Source: Eledone cirrhosa (taxonomy: Eukaryota). Taken from it: a stretch of DNA of 64,000 nt. Made by a program: the position numbers and the translations under genes. Under the pieces are notes generated by a model that worked only from the letters and a program-made list of their open reading frames with translations, was not told the DNA's origin and made no database searches. Where the stretch lies: contig OZ024752.1 in NCBI GenBank assembly GCA_964016885.1, forward strand, positions 20,646,001 to 20,710,000, read 5' to 3'. This document shows positions 1-12,951 of the stretch, one piece after another; the first letter of the stretch is position 1; every line of letters begins with the position of its first letter.

Positions 1-324
1 CAGAGCCCCCACATAAACAGCTTGCCTATTGATGCTTATTTCGCTATATATAATGTTCAGTGTGTCAGTCAGTTAATGCTAACAAACAAGCTAAATACAA
101 AGAGTAAGCAAAATATATATTTTATTCCCTTCTATATATATATATATAACAGAGTGTTATAGTTTGCTTGAAGCATTATGGAATAGGAAATACAAATTTA
201 AATAAGTTTAAAAGCCCTACAATGTGTAGAAGATTAAAGGTGCCAAGGTAATAGGTGTTATAGAGGAAAGAATGAGGACGATAGAATTTTATCTTAGCAA
301 ATTTAATTATATATATGTATATCA

Positions 325-556
325 TCATCATTTTATGTTTGCTTTTCCCTGCTTGCAAGGGTGGGATGGGTCCTATTCAGCACAGCATCTCTCCATTCGT
401 CACGGTCCTTCATCATCTCCTCCATGGGCTTCAGCGATCTGAGGTCAGCTCTCACCACCTCCACCCATGATTTTCATGGTCTTCCTCTACTGCATCTTCC
501 TTCCACTGGGATTTCTTGGCACTTCTTTACCTAGCGGTCATCCTCCATGCCCATAC
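325..556 (-). mobile_element. RTE LINE family A, 3' fragment
   Basis: Closely similar to 17216-17450; ends in (ATG)n tail. Confidence 0.8.
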
Positions 557-715
557 CATATAAGAGGGTGTTATAGTTTGCTTGTATATTATTTGAAGGC
601 TACAACAATGTAAAGTGGAAAGTTGGGCTCAATTTATTCCAAAATCTACCGTCCATTTGGCATTGTCATAGCCTTCAAATAACATACTGCTTTATATATA
701 TGATATATATATATA

Positions 716-2630
716 ATCATCACCGTTTTATGTCTGTTCTTCCACGCTAGCATGGGTTAGACGGGTTGTCCTGTTGTGGGCAGTGTCCGGTCGGCTGACC
801 TTGTCTTGCTCATACGGGAACTGATTTTGGCTTGATTTCTACAGCTGGATGCCCTTCCTAACACCTACCTCATTTACAGTGAGTGCTGGGTACCTTTTTT
901 TCCGTGGCGCCTACACGTCCACTTTACAGTGTGGGCTGGGTGCTTTTTTGCCGCGGCACCTTCACGACCACTTTGCAGTGGGAGGGTGTGGGGGCATATT
1001 GTCTATATGCTTCAGCTTCGGCTTGTACCCGTGGGGGGTTGGGTCTTCTGTATTACTGTGTGACGCCAGAGGTCATGGTCGTGTGTCATCACCTTTGAGA
1101 GGTGTAATTGGGTAAGGTCGGCTTTTATCACCTCATCCCAGGTCTTCTTGGGTCTCCCCACTCCGCAGTTTCCATCGACTTCTAGTGCTCTGCACCTTTT
1201 TATGCAGCTGTCAACCTTCATCTGTATCACATGTCCATACCAACGCAACCACCTCTCCTGCATACAGCATTTGATTCCTCTTATGCTCAGTCTCTCTCTC
1301 AATTCATTTATGCTTTGCCGTCCATCGGAGCATGCAGGCTTCGTTTCTTTCTAATCTATGCAAGTCTTCCACAGACAGCGCCCAGATCTCACTACCATGT
1401 AACATTGCTGTTCGTATACACGCATCATACAGTCTGCCTTTCATTTTGAGGGAAAAGCCTTTTGCAGCTAGCAGTGGCAGTAGCTCCCTGAACTTCTTCC
1501 ATCCCGTTCTTACCCTAGTTATTGTACTTTCTGAACACCCACCTCCACTGCTAATTCGGTCACCTAGGTAGCAGAAGCTGTCTACTGTTTCTACAGGGCC
1601 CTCCCAGAGATTGGTGGTACTTGTTTCCTGTGGCTGTTTGCTGCTTGCTTTCCCAGCACAGCTGCTACATGTGAAGCCTACATTCTTAGATAAGCTTCCT
1701 GAGATCCTGCTACATCTCTTGTGTACCCATTGTTTGCATTTGGGGCAGAGAATGGAGTTCCTACCTACACCTTTCCTACATACTGAGCAAGGCCATTTCC
1801 CTGAGGGGATCTGGGTTCTGTTTTCTCGTTTACTTACAAGGACCTTAATCTTTGTCAGGTTGACTTTGAGACCCTTTCTTTCTAGTCCCTGCTTCCAAGT
1901 TTGGAATTTCTTCTCTAGTTCTACCATAGATTCAGCTATAAGTGTGAGGTCATCTGCATACAGGAGTTCCCATGAACATCCGGTCTTAAACTCCTCCGTT
2001 ATTGTCTGCAGGACTATGATGAACAGGAGAGGGCTAAGAACAGAGCCCTGGTGGACACCGACCTGTACGCTAAATTCCTCGCTATACTCATTGCTAATCC
2101 TAACTTTGCTGACTGCTCCCCTATACATGGCTTGTACAGCTTTCACAAGCCATTCATCTACTCCTAGTTTTCTAAGAGCCCACCAGATTACAGCATGTGG
2201 AACTCTGTCAAAAGCTTTCTCGAGATCGACAAATGCCAGGTAGAGTGGCTAACTTTTAGCCAGGTACTTTTCCTGTAACTGCCTCACAAGGAAGAGGTCA
2301 TCAGTGGTGCCTCTTCCTGGCACAAACCCAAATTGCATCTCATCTAGTTTCACCCAGTCCCTAATCAACTGTGCTATAACTCTTTCTGTTACTTTCATGA
2401 CCTGGTCCATCAACTTTATACCTCTATAGTTTCCTCTATTTAATGCATCACCTTTACTTTTGTAGCAGTCGACAATGATGCTACTGCACCAATCCTTAGG
2501 TATGACACCTTCTAGTATTACCTGGTTAACAATACGTGTGGTTATAGTGTGACCTACAGACCCAGATGCCTCCAGCATCTTGGCAGCTATACCCGATGGA
2601 CCGGTTGCCTTCCCCGTCTTCATATCTTTG
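716..2630 (-). mobile_element. RTE LINE family B, 5'-truncated (RT + 3' UTR)
   Basis: ORFs 2249-2623, 1304-2146, 1012-1302 with NYRGIKL, QFGFVPG, GVHQGSVLSP, YADD, CYLG; ATG-repeat tail. Confidence 0.92.
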
Positions 2631-2678
<48 letters not shown>

Positions 2679-3236
2679 GTGGCTAATATTAAACACTCTT
2701 TGATTGTTGTTTATAAAGTATATATATATATATGATATATATGTGATAACTGCCACTTCTTTACAGAAGACGGCCATCTCTTCAACAAATTTCCTACTAT
2801 TATGAACCACTGGCCAACCACTAGTCAGTTTGATGACTGAACAGGCTTTGTTTAGGTCACTTTTTCTAGACCCTTTCCATGTGATATAGTTGAGCAGTGT
2901 GTCCCCAAAAAGGGCTGCTCAGAGGCTCAAGACTGCCGAAGCATGTTGCTGCTCAGGTTAACAATCATCATGACCATCATGATTATTTTAACATCTGTTT
3001 TTCCTTGTATATATATATATAAGACCCGTCCCACCCTTGCAAGCAGGGAAAAGCGGACGTAAAATGATGATGATGATGATGATATATATATATATTTAAA
3101 GGTTAAACAAGGTTCAATGAATAAATCAAAGAATGAGTTTTACAATAGATTGGAAGCACTCAACAGCAATGGTTTTCCGGAGTTATTAATATTAATTCAA
3201 AATATTAACAAAAATAGACATTAGTGTGATCAAGTA

Positions 3237-3303
3237 TATTTTATTATACATATTTCAGAGGTACTCTGTTATCCTCAACAGTACGTCCTCATCAGATAAA
3301 ATA
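3237..3303 (-). ncRNA. Minimal type I hammerhead ribozyme motif (left arm of palindrome)
   Basis: TATTTTAT-CTGATGA-stem II-GAAA-TATGTA-TA-ATAAAATA on the minus strand. Confidence 0.65.
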
Positions 3304-3401
3304 AGATGATGCATGACATACACTGACTTAGTAGATGGTTAAGATTCAGCCATGACTGAATCTTAACCATCTACTAAGTCAGTGTATGTCATGCATCATC
3401 T

Positions 3402-3468
3402 TATTTTATCTGATGAGGACGTACTGTTGAGGATAGCTTAGTACCTCTGAAATATGTATAATAAAATA
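3402..3468 (+). ncRNA. Minimal type I hammerhead ribozyme motif (right arm of palindrome)
   Basis: Stem I TATTTTAT/ATAAAATA, core CTGATGA (3410-3416) and GAAA (3449-3452), stem II GGACGTACT/AGTACCTCT, self-complementary stem III ATATGTAT, predicted cut after A3460. Confidence 0.68.
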
Positions 3469-3531
3469 TACTTGATCACACGAATTCTATTTTTGTTAAT
3501 ATTTTGAATTAATATATATATATAGTATAGT

Positions 3532-3976
3532 ATAGTATAATTGAATATAAAAGAGAGATAAACACAGATATATACATATACGTGTTCAAATCGTAAGGGA
3601 CCAGATTCGCTAAGGTGAAAAGATACTAACTATAGACAATTGGGTTTGCCAGACTCAATTTAAGAATAAATCAAGAAAATAAATACAAACCGGAATTGTG
3701 GTAACTACCAGACACCCAGACAGCTCTTGGTGCTGTTTCACAGTTTAATTGTGAAGAGAATTACCAATTCTTATTACTCATCAGTGGGTGTAAAATTAGT
3801 AAACTCTTCACTTCTAAGTATCTCAGAAAACTGAATAGTGTGCGTATATAAAATAACGCACATGGCATCAGAACCTAGCGTGTCTCATAAACTCATACCA
3901 CTAAAAATAGCAGCCAATTTGAACACATATATGTATATATCTGTGTTTATCTCTTTTTTATATTCAATTATACTAT
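3532..3976. mobile_element. Element bounded by 60-bp inverted repeats, containing a hammerhead
   Basis: 3532-3591 is the reverse complement of 3917-3976 (about 2 mismatches). Confidence 0.7.
3712..3791 (-). ncRNA. Type I hammerhead ribozyme motif with GUC cleavage site
   Basis: ACACCCA-CTGATGA-...-GAAA-CAGC-accaaga-GCTG-TC-TGGGTGT: perfect 7-bp stem I and 5-bp stem III; stem II imperfect. Confidence 0.75.
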
Positions 3977-4355
3977 GCGACTCGGAAAAATCTCTTTCCT
4001 TGAGCTATTTAATTGTGAGAGACTATTTTGAGTTTCTAACTCAATATATACCTTTGATATATATATATATTTTTTTTTTAGGATACACCCATGTTAGTGT
4101 GGAAAATGGACGTTAAACGATGATGATAATGATGATGATGATACATTATCATCATCATTTAACTCTTAACATCCTTGTCAATTGAAATGTTTGTATTAAC
4201 TTTACTAGACAAACAATCATTGTGAAAATTTGCAATATGGTAAAAGATTTAATTTTTTATGTGATGTAGCCATACTGCTGTTTTGTACATTTTAAGATTG
4301 TCTTTCTAATGCGGTTTCATGTGGTACAGGATGTTAAGAATTAATGTCCAATTTT

Positions 4356-4720
4356 GGAGGCACATGGCTTAGTGGTTAGAGCATTGGCCTTGCAATCGAA
4401 AGGTTATGAGTTCAATTCTCAGACCGGGTGATGTGTTGTTTCCTTGAGCAAGACACTTTATTTCACATTGCTCCAGTTTACTCAGCTGTAGAAATGAGAT
4501 GATAGGGACTGGGGTGCCTATCATTCCACTGCAAAGTGGTCGTGGCGGTGCCACGGCAAAAAAGCACCCAGCACTCACTGTAAATGAGGTTGGTGTTAGG
4601 AAGGGCACCCAGCTGTAGAAATCAAGCCAGAATCAGTTCCCGTCCCACCCTTGCAAGCAGGGAAAAGCGGACGTAAAATGATGCTGATGCTTTTAATGAT
4701 GATGATGATAATGATGATGT
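4356..4720 (+). mobile_element. tRNA-head CORE-like SINE with RTE-derived body and tail
   Basis: A-box TGGCTTAGTGG, B-box GAGTTCAATTC, CCTTGAGCAAGACACTT core, RTE (ATG)n tail. Confidence 0.82.
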
Positions 4721-4851
4721 ATTTATGTTATAATGATGAATTGGAAATATTTCCAAAGTTTAATTTTAAATGCTGAACAAAAATAATTTTCTTTATAATT
4801 ATGTCTTCACTAATTTTAGACAATTTATCCTCGAAAGCTAGAAAGTATGTA

Positions 4852-5166
4852 TAGTTGGCCCCTGGTATTCATGATGGTTATGTTCTTAGAGCACTCGCGA
4901 AGAGTGAAAACCACGAATATTGGGCGTGTTCCTTAAAAATGCCTATAAACATCAAAATATAACATAAAATATTGGCCAGCAAATACAGTATATTGTTATT
5001 AATAATATATATTGCTACGAAAAAAGGCATTAAAAAATCACAAGATATTTATGATTCTGCGAATACGGGGCAGTTTCCGTGAACAATTATTAGTTAGGTT
5101 CTAAGGAAAATTCCACGAATAACTGGGGCCACGAATGCTGGGACCACAAATACCGGGGGTACACTG
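4852..5166. mobile_element. Tigger/pogo-like MITE
   Basis: Imperfect TIRs TAGTTGGCCCCTGGTATT / AATACCGGGGGTACACTG, TA-like flanks. Confidence 0.6.
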
Positions 5167-6787
5167 TGTTAAGAATATTAAACCCTGTCATTTCATCAAA
5201 AACAGATGCAAGATACTTGATATGAAATCCTTGTCTTTTATTAAAAATATTTTAAATCAGGTATAGCTAAATATATGTTTTATAATCAGATGTGGTTAAT
5301 AACTTGATTGTTTATAACATATCTAGATATATTAGCTTTGCTTAACACACCAGATAAACATCAACCTCAAGATAATATTAGCTCTTTTGATATCAAACTG
5401 TATATTTATTTTGATATGATTATATTTACTTTGAAACCTTTCATCATAATTTTATGTAAAAAACCTTCATTACACCTAATTTAATAACAAAAAAGTTAGG
5501 AATTTTATCAAATCCCTCGAAATTTTTGATGATTTTCCAAATGATTTGAAAAAATATAGGCAATGTCTTTCATTAGAAATATGAAAATAAAAGGGTTAAA
5601 GTCTTAGGCGTTACATTTGTTCTGTTACTTAAATATATATTCAACCTAATCTCATCTGAACTGGGTTATATTGAGATCACTAAAACAAATTGCAATCAGC
5701 CATAATCTGGCTTAGATTATCAAGATAAAGTGTGATACTCAGTAGAGCCAACACTTCCATAGGCATAATTTCTATATTTTTTTAACTGCTGGCAAAGATA
5801 GGATATATCAGCCTATGCCATATATATTATACATGCATAAGTATTAATGCTGGTGTCACAATAAAATGCACCCAGTACATGATGTAAAGGGGTTGGCATT
5901 AGGAAGGACATTCCGCCATAGAAACCATGCCAAATTGAAATGTGCGAGAAAGATATGGTCATCTGACTTGTCAAGCCACAGAACATAAAACCCATCCAAT
6001 CCCTGACAGCATAGAAAATTGACATACAATGAAGATGATGTTGATGATATATATATATATATATATATGATATAATATAAATGTTGAGCTCTGCAGCCCA
6101 TAGCATAACAGTCACAACAGAATCTCCAATGGCTAGGAAAACCCTCAGCCGATTTTGAATTACTGCTGTATCAAGGAAACTGGATAATATAGAGCTTCTC
6201 TCATTTTCCCCAGGATCTATATTGGAATACCCCAATATCACCATAAATATACTATATAAATATATATGCATGTGATCATTTAACATCCATTTTCCCTGCT
6301 TGCTAGGGTTATACATACACACACTCACTCACACACACATATATGCTTCTATGTATGTAAAAGAAAATCTTTACAGAAACTCACTGTATCACTATGTTGA
6401 AAGAACTAATAATTACATATAAATCTTTTGCTGTTTTGTAAATATTTTTGTAAATATATCATTTCAAATTCATTTTTATAATTAACATTAAACATTTCAA
6501 ATATTATATGTAAAAATGGTGTCATTCTCGATGGCACGTGTAGCTGTACAATTATATAATTTTTTCACCCATTTTCAGCGGGCAGCATGCAGTATAAAAC
6601 TTATGAAATATATGTAATATTTTGCTATTAAATATTAATTTTGCTATTGAATATAATTTTACTGTTTAAATATTTCTAGTCTTCAACTAAGACGTTTATG
6701 AATTGTTTCAGCTATTACATCAAACTGATGTAGCATACTCAATAATAAATAAAACTGTTCTCACTTTTGACAACAGCTGTACACTAG

Positions 6788-6818
<31 letters not shown>

Positions 6819-6907
6819 GTATATTATATTGTGTATATTATATTGTATTATATTATATTATTTGTTCATGTATGTATATTATATTGTATTATATTATTTG
6901 TTCATGC

Positions 6908-7064
6908 GGTGGATTGGCAGTATCAGTAAAGGGTCGGACACCATGCGTTGATGCATGTTACGGCCCTTTACAATCTGAGTTCAAATCCCGCCGAGGTTAA
7001 CTTTGCCTTTCATCCTTACGGGGTCGATAAAATAAAGTACCAGTAATGCACAAAAGTAGAAACA
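6908..7064 (+). mobile_element. tRNA-derived SINE (abundant family; copies near 11660, 11910, 12400, 12650, 14800, 23950, 28320, 29920, 34445, 41795, 46555, 49295, 50180)
   Basis: B-box GAGTTCAAATCCC, body GAGGTTAACTTTGCCTTTCATCC...GTCGATAAAATAAAGTACCAG; 15-bp TSD ATTATTTGTTCATGC. Confidence 0.85.
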
Positions 7065-7313
7065 ATTATTTGTTCATGCATGGAACAAAATGCGCTACAT
7101 AAATTTGATCGCTTCCTTTCTGCACCACCATGCACAATCTGGGGAGGTGGTCATAATTGGACCTTGATAGTCCAATAGTTGTGCTTTTTTGTTCTGTGTA
7201 TGAACATAAATAAATAAATAATATATCAGCTCCCATACCAGATTGAGCACTGATTTCCTTTTTTTTTTCATATTCACCGACTTTTTACAAATATATATTG
7301 CAAATATACATTA

Positions 7314-8223
7314 CTAGCAGTGGTACCCGGCGTTGCACGAGATAAGGTATTTTGGAACGCGGGCCACCAACAGACCTGATCGTGGAAAAACTGCATGTGT
7401 GGACAATATGTAAAGAAAATAAACTGAATACTCTGATGGCTGGATAATCTTTAAAATTTTCCTCGATGAAGCAGGAAGAATGCAGGTTTTCACCTAATGC
7501 GGGCCCTAGGGGATCAAGAATATTGAATTTTTTTTATGTGCATAATATGCCTTGAAATTTCGGGAAAATCGGCTAGACGTAACGCCTCAAAAAGGCCCTA
7601 AAAAGCTGAAAAAATGAAGTTTTTCACCTAATGCAGGCCTTAGGCCATAAAAAAGTTGGATTTTCTTTGCTGACGGTGTGAAGAGACTGACTAATACATA
7701 GTTACAATTTCAAGGAAATCAGTCTGACATAACGACTCAAAAAACCCTAAAAACCTGAAAAAACGCAGTTTTTCAACTAATGTGGGCCCTAGGGATGAAA
7801 AAGTTGAATTTTTTCATGTGCATAACACTCCCTGAAACATAAGTAATACACATGTAAAGGTTGAAAAAAGTCGGTTGGGTACTTCTCGAGTTTTAAGGAT
7901 TCAAACTCACAGACACACACAGACAGACATCCTCAGGGAAGTAACGTAATGCAGACATACAGACAGATATTATAAGGGCGCGACGTTATATGTATGTATC
8001 TATCTAAAAAGAGAAAGACTAAGAATTATAGAGAGAGATCGCTAAATTGCCTAATGCAGTCCCTAGGGCATTGAAAATTTGAAATTTTTTTTTGCTCAGA
8101 ACACTCCCTGAAACAAGTATTACATGTGTAAAGATTGAAAACAGTCAGTTGTGTGGTTCTCAAGTCTTAGGGATTCAAACTCACACACACACAGACAGAC
8201 ATCCTCAGTTTTATATATATAGA
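7314..8223 (-). mobile_element. Non-autonomous Helitron-type element
   Basis: Minus strand begins A|TCTATATATATAAAA and ends with a GC hairpin + CTAG|T; internal ~140-bp tandem units. Confidence 0.8.
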
Positions 8224-8466
8224 TAAGAACAGATTAATCTGTTCTTATAATAAATATTTGCTCTACAGGTTTATATATATTATATATATATATATAATCC
8301 TTATCGAGCCCTCTTCGGATTTTAGTCTTCACATTTATTATTACTATATATATATATAAATATTTGTATGTATGTATATATATGTGTATGTATGTATATA
8401 TATATGTGTATGTATATATATATATATATTGAAAAGAAGATCAAAGACTGTTAATTATATTATATT

Positions 8467-8560
8467 TTAATTAATGCACGTTTCTTCCCTATCATAAAAC
8501 ATATAATTAATTATTAGTTAATTAATTATATGAACAAATAATTGGATTCATCAGAATTAA
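8467..8560 (-). ncRNA. Decayed hammerhead-like motif
   Basis: TTAATT-CTGATGA-(14-bp hairpin)-GAAA-CGTGCA-TT-AATTAA; stem II closing pair and stem III mutated. Confidence 0.4.
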
Positions 8561-8639
8561 TAAAAAAAATACAAGAAACATTTTGACCTCTTTGCTATAT
8601 ATATATATATATATATGTATATTTATATTATATATATCC

Positions 8640-9800
8640 TAATCATTGTTTTTGTGCCAGTCTTTCCATGCTTATATGGGTTAAACAAATTATTTTCAGT
8701 ACAGCATCTCTGCAGTTGTTTCATTCCTTTGTCATCTTCTACACTCAGTTTCTTGAAATCAGCTTTCAGCTTTTGCCACTTCTGCCCACGTCTTTCTCCT
8801 TATGACTTCCTTGCATTTGAAATTCTTAGTATTTCTTTACCCAACAATGATGGCAACAAGCTCTTATCTTTTCCCCTACTTACTACAACTCCTGTCTTTG
8901 CTAAGTTTATTCTGATTTTTTTAATTCTAGATTCTTTTTCAATGTCTATATTTATTTCTCTAGATCTCAGATTCCGCTATAGGAACTAAGTTATTAGCAT
9001 GCCAGAATTCCTATAAGCAACCAGTCCTAATCTCCTTCATAATATACAGGAGGGGGCTGGAGACCAAGACTTGATAAACATTTACCTGCACACTAAATTT
9101 TTCACTGAACACATTGCCAACTTTAACTTTACTGACAGCATCTCTGTACATGGCTTGCATTATTCTCACAACTCATTCCTCCTCATCTAGTTTTCTTAAA
9201 GACTGCCAGTTTAAAGAGCATAGTACACTGTCAAAGATCTCGAAATCAATGAATGCTAGCTATAATGATTTACTCTTAGTATGTAGTTATCACACCAAGA
9301 TGAGGGCATCAGTTTTACTGTCCTGGCACATCCAAACTGCACTTCATCTAGACTAATTCTATTCCTAATCAGTCATGCTAAAACTCTGTCTATTACTTTC
9401 TTAATGTCTCTGTCTTTGCCCTTGTAGCAGTTAATAATAATACTGCTACTCCATTCATTGGCTATGATGCCATCATGTCTTACCTGATTGACTATGGTAT
9501 GCAACTGGTTTTCTTAGAAAACATTTCCAGTTATCCTCAATATCATAGCTATCTGTCTTTTCCTCCTTGTCATATGCGTCATAGTCCATCTGAATCTATA
9601 TTTAACAGCAATTTTTAGCCCTTTAACTCCTGTCTACCCTGTTTCCTAATATATATGAAGTCACTTTGGCTGCCATTTAGTTAGTTCCCTAAATTTAGTA
9701 TTACAGATAATTTTGTTATTTGCATCACAGAAATTTAAGAGTTTTAATCATTCTTCATATAACCATACCCATCATGTACTCTGATGATCCCCAATATGTC
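8640..9800 (-). mobile_element. Old, heavily deleted RTE LINE relic
   Basis: Patchy similarity to the RTE RT/APE regions (e.g. 9110-9460). Confidence 0.6.
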
Positions 9801-12534
9801 ACAGTGGTTTACAGAGCCTGAGTAAGCATTCCATTACAGTCTACTGTGCAATGTGGGAGAGAGAGTATGGGTTGAGAGAACAGCAGAAAGTAACAGTATG
9901 CGAGAGAGATAGAAAGGTTATGAGACAATCGAGGGAGGAATAGTAAGAGAGAAGTTAAGACAGATACACATGAGAAAAGTAATAAGACAGTATTTATTAA
10001 CAGTTGATTCTTCAGATTTTTATGGATTTGTGAAATTTTACAATTTAAAATATTTCAATTATTTCATTCAGCTTTCAATAAAACAGAATTGATCTGCTGT
10101 TTCCTGGAACTATTTCTTTATGCTTTAAGCTTCCAGCTTGCTGGCCTTAAACATTTTATACATCTATTGTCTGTAAGCAACTTTTAAGGTGCTATATATG
10201 AAGAACCTATGTTTATATTCGATTATGTATACTAAATATATCCAAAATGGTCGTCAAATGATACATATAGACAGCCAGCATTTTTAATCATGATCACCAT
10301 TTTATGTCTGTAACCCAATTTTTTCAGCTTGGTCATCAATTCAATGATGAAATCCTCTATTTTGTTTGGCTTCCTCACGTCTTTCCAGAGTTCTACCTTT
10401 CATTTTCTTCCCTGACATTTCTCAGCCAGAACACAGTTTTACTATTTCTCCTTACCCTTCTCAAAATAATTTATCAGGAAAACTAAGATGACGATTTATG
10501 ACACAACACAATGGGTTCAAAAAGTCTTTATTTATTCCTTTTTCATAAAAATCCATTTTTTATTTCTCAGAAATTTCGAAAATCCATTTTATAAATTTTG
10601 AAAGTTTTACCTCTATTAAATTATTGCTTCTATATCTTTATTATTATATATTTATTTTTGCTCAACTTTAATTTTGTAATATTTTCCTATCTATTTTACA
10701 AGTGCCATGCCATATTGCATTTCTGTGACTGTAGCAAGTTTTTTCAGATGTATCAAATTATAATCTCGAGTAAAACGTTGTTGAAAATTGTTGAAAATAT
10801 GTTGCTCTTATTTTAAACATCATCGTTTTTACATCCACTTTTCCATGCTTGCATGGGTTATCATCATCATCATCTTTTGTCCCATTTACATCCAGGCATG
10901 AGTGAAACTGGTTCTTGTCAGATAATTACATCTTGCTCATACATTCCATATTTGGGATGGTTTCTGTGCCAACCACTTTACAAAGTGTACTGGGTACATT
11001 TTAGTATGTCACCAACACTACCACTTTACACAATGTACTGGATGCATTTCATCATAACACTGACAAAACCACTTTACAGGGTTTACTGGGTGCACAGGGT
11101 GTATTTTATCGTAACACCGACCCCATTTTACAGCACAACTACTTTACAGGGTATATTTCTATAATTAGCATTGATTGAACAGATAGTTACCTCTATATGT
11201 GTGTGTGTAAGCACTTCTGATACCAAACGACCCGAGACTAATATAAAACTGACTGTTTTAAAGTGTTTATATATATCTAAAAATCTTCCATTGTAATTTT
11301 ATGTAAGAACTTTTATTAAGTTATGTTCCAAACACCAATTTAATAACGAGAAATTTATATTAAATCCCTCAAACTTCTTGAATATTTTAGAAATTATTTG
11401 AAAATCATGAGCAGTGCCTTTCATCAGAAATATGGTAACAAAAGAGTTAATGTTGTCTTTTGTCAGGCTCAGTCTTCTGAGATCTGACCAAACTCTGCTG
11501 TGCTCCATCTTCATCATATTTAGGCTGCAAATTGGCAGAATAATTTAGTGTGTTGGATTAAATGCCTTGGTATTTGTTCCAGCTTATTGTGTGCTAAGGT
11601 GGTGGTGGTAAATTACGGAGCCATTAGAACAGAATGCAGTGATATTTGTTTCAGCTCTCTGCGTTTAAATCCTGCTGAGGTCAACTTTGCCTTTCATCCA
11701 ATTGAGGTCAATAAAAAAGTACCAGTCTAGTACTGGGGTCAATTCTTCTTCTATATCTCTGTCTCATTTCCCCTCTCCCACTTTCTATCCTTCTCTGGAG
11801 GAAATGTGCTGTGTTCAGGCCTGGAGAAGCAATGGGCTTCACCAGGTTTTAAAAAATACAGTGCCCCAGCAACTCCCTCAGGAGTTATGGGGACATGCAT
11901 GCATTGCACTCTGAGGTTAACTTTGCCTTTCGTCCTTTTAGGGTTGATAAATAAAGTACCAGTCCAAGGGATTAACAGAAGAGTCATATTGGATGTTTTG
12001 CAGTATCATTCAAATCCTGCCTCCTTATGCCAGGAGTTGCAACTGGCAGATAGTATCAGCAGTGGAAAGACCAATGGAAATATTTTCTTGGGCTAATCTG
12101 ATAATCAGCTCCTTTCTTTTGTTAAACATATTTAACCATGTTTTAGCCTTTTGCATTAGGCAACAAATTAGCAGAGATGGATGTTCTGTGGTATTCATTC
12201 CAGCCCTCTGCTCTCTCAAATCGTGTCAAGGTCAACTTTGCCTTTCATCCAATCAAAGTCAATAAAAAAAAATACCAAATCTCTTCCAAAGAAGGATAGA
12301 AAGAGATATAGAGGGAGAATCAACCCCAGTACTAGACTGGTACTATATATATATATATGGAGAGAGAGGAAATGAGAAAGAGAGGGAGAATCAACTCCAG
12401 TACTAGACTTGTGCTTTTTTCTAAATCAACCTCGAATGGATAAAAGGCAAAGTTGACCTCGGTGGGATTTGAACTGAGAGTTTCAATGAATACCACAAAT
12501 TAGTCTATATGATGTTCTAACAATTCTGCCTCAA

Positions 12535-12951
12535 CACTTTACCATTTACATTTTTATGGGGTCGATAAAATAAAGTACCAGTAATACACTGGGTAATTGC
12601 TGGCCTTGTGCCTAACGTAGAAACAATTATTCTGTATATACTATACTTGCCATTCTGAGTTCAAATCCCGCCGAGGTTAACTTTGCCTTTCATCCTTACG
12701 GGGTCGATAAAATAAAGTACCAGTAATACACTGGGTATTTGCTGGCCTTGTGCCTAACGTAGAAATAATTATTCTGTATATACTATTGTATTTTGGTGGT
12801 ACAGGCTTTACTAATATCGAATCTATGAAATTTTGATATTTATTTTGAGAACAATACCTTAACATCAGTATGAGTAACTGGTTAAAGCCAGTTTGAACTG
12901 AAAGAGGTGAGAGAATTCTGGCCAGACACGGCCAGTTTAAAAGCTAAAGGG
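12535..12951. mobile_element. piggyBac-type MITE (inverted copy) with nested SINE pieces
   Basis: Ends AAAGGG-TTAA at 12951; reverse-complement homology to 58879-59086. Confidence 0.65.

Larger units (their letters stand above)
3189..3515. repeat. ~327-bp near-perfect palindrome (Penelope-like inverted pseudo-LTR)
   Basis: Arms of ~160 bp mirror around CATG at 3351-3354 with only a few mismatches. Confidence 0.9.

Noticed and set aside
4356-4430. tRNA gene
   Set aside because: Has A/B boxes but no complete cloverleaf and continues into a SINE body; the same holds for the other SINE heads
6160-6217. Possible alternative last exon of FBF1 (tag|ATCCTGGGG...TAA)
   Set aside because: No FBF1-like motif; the exon at 13488-13571 supplies the expected C-terminus
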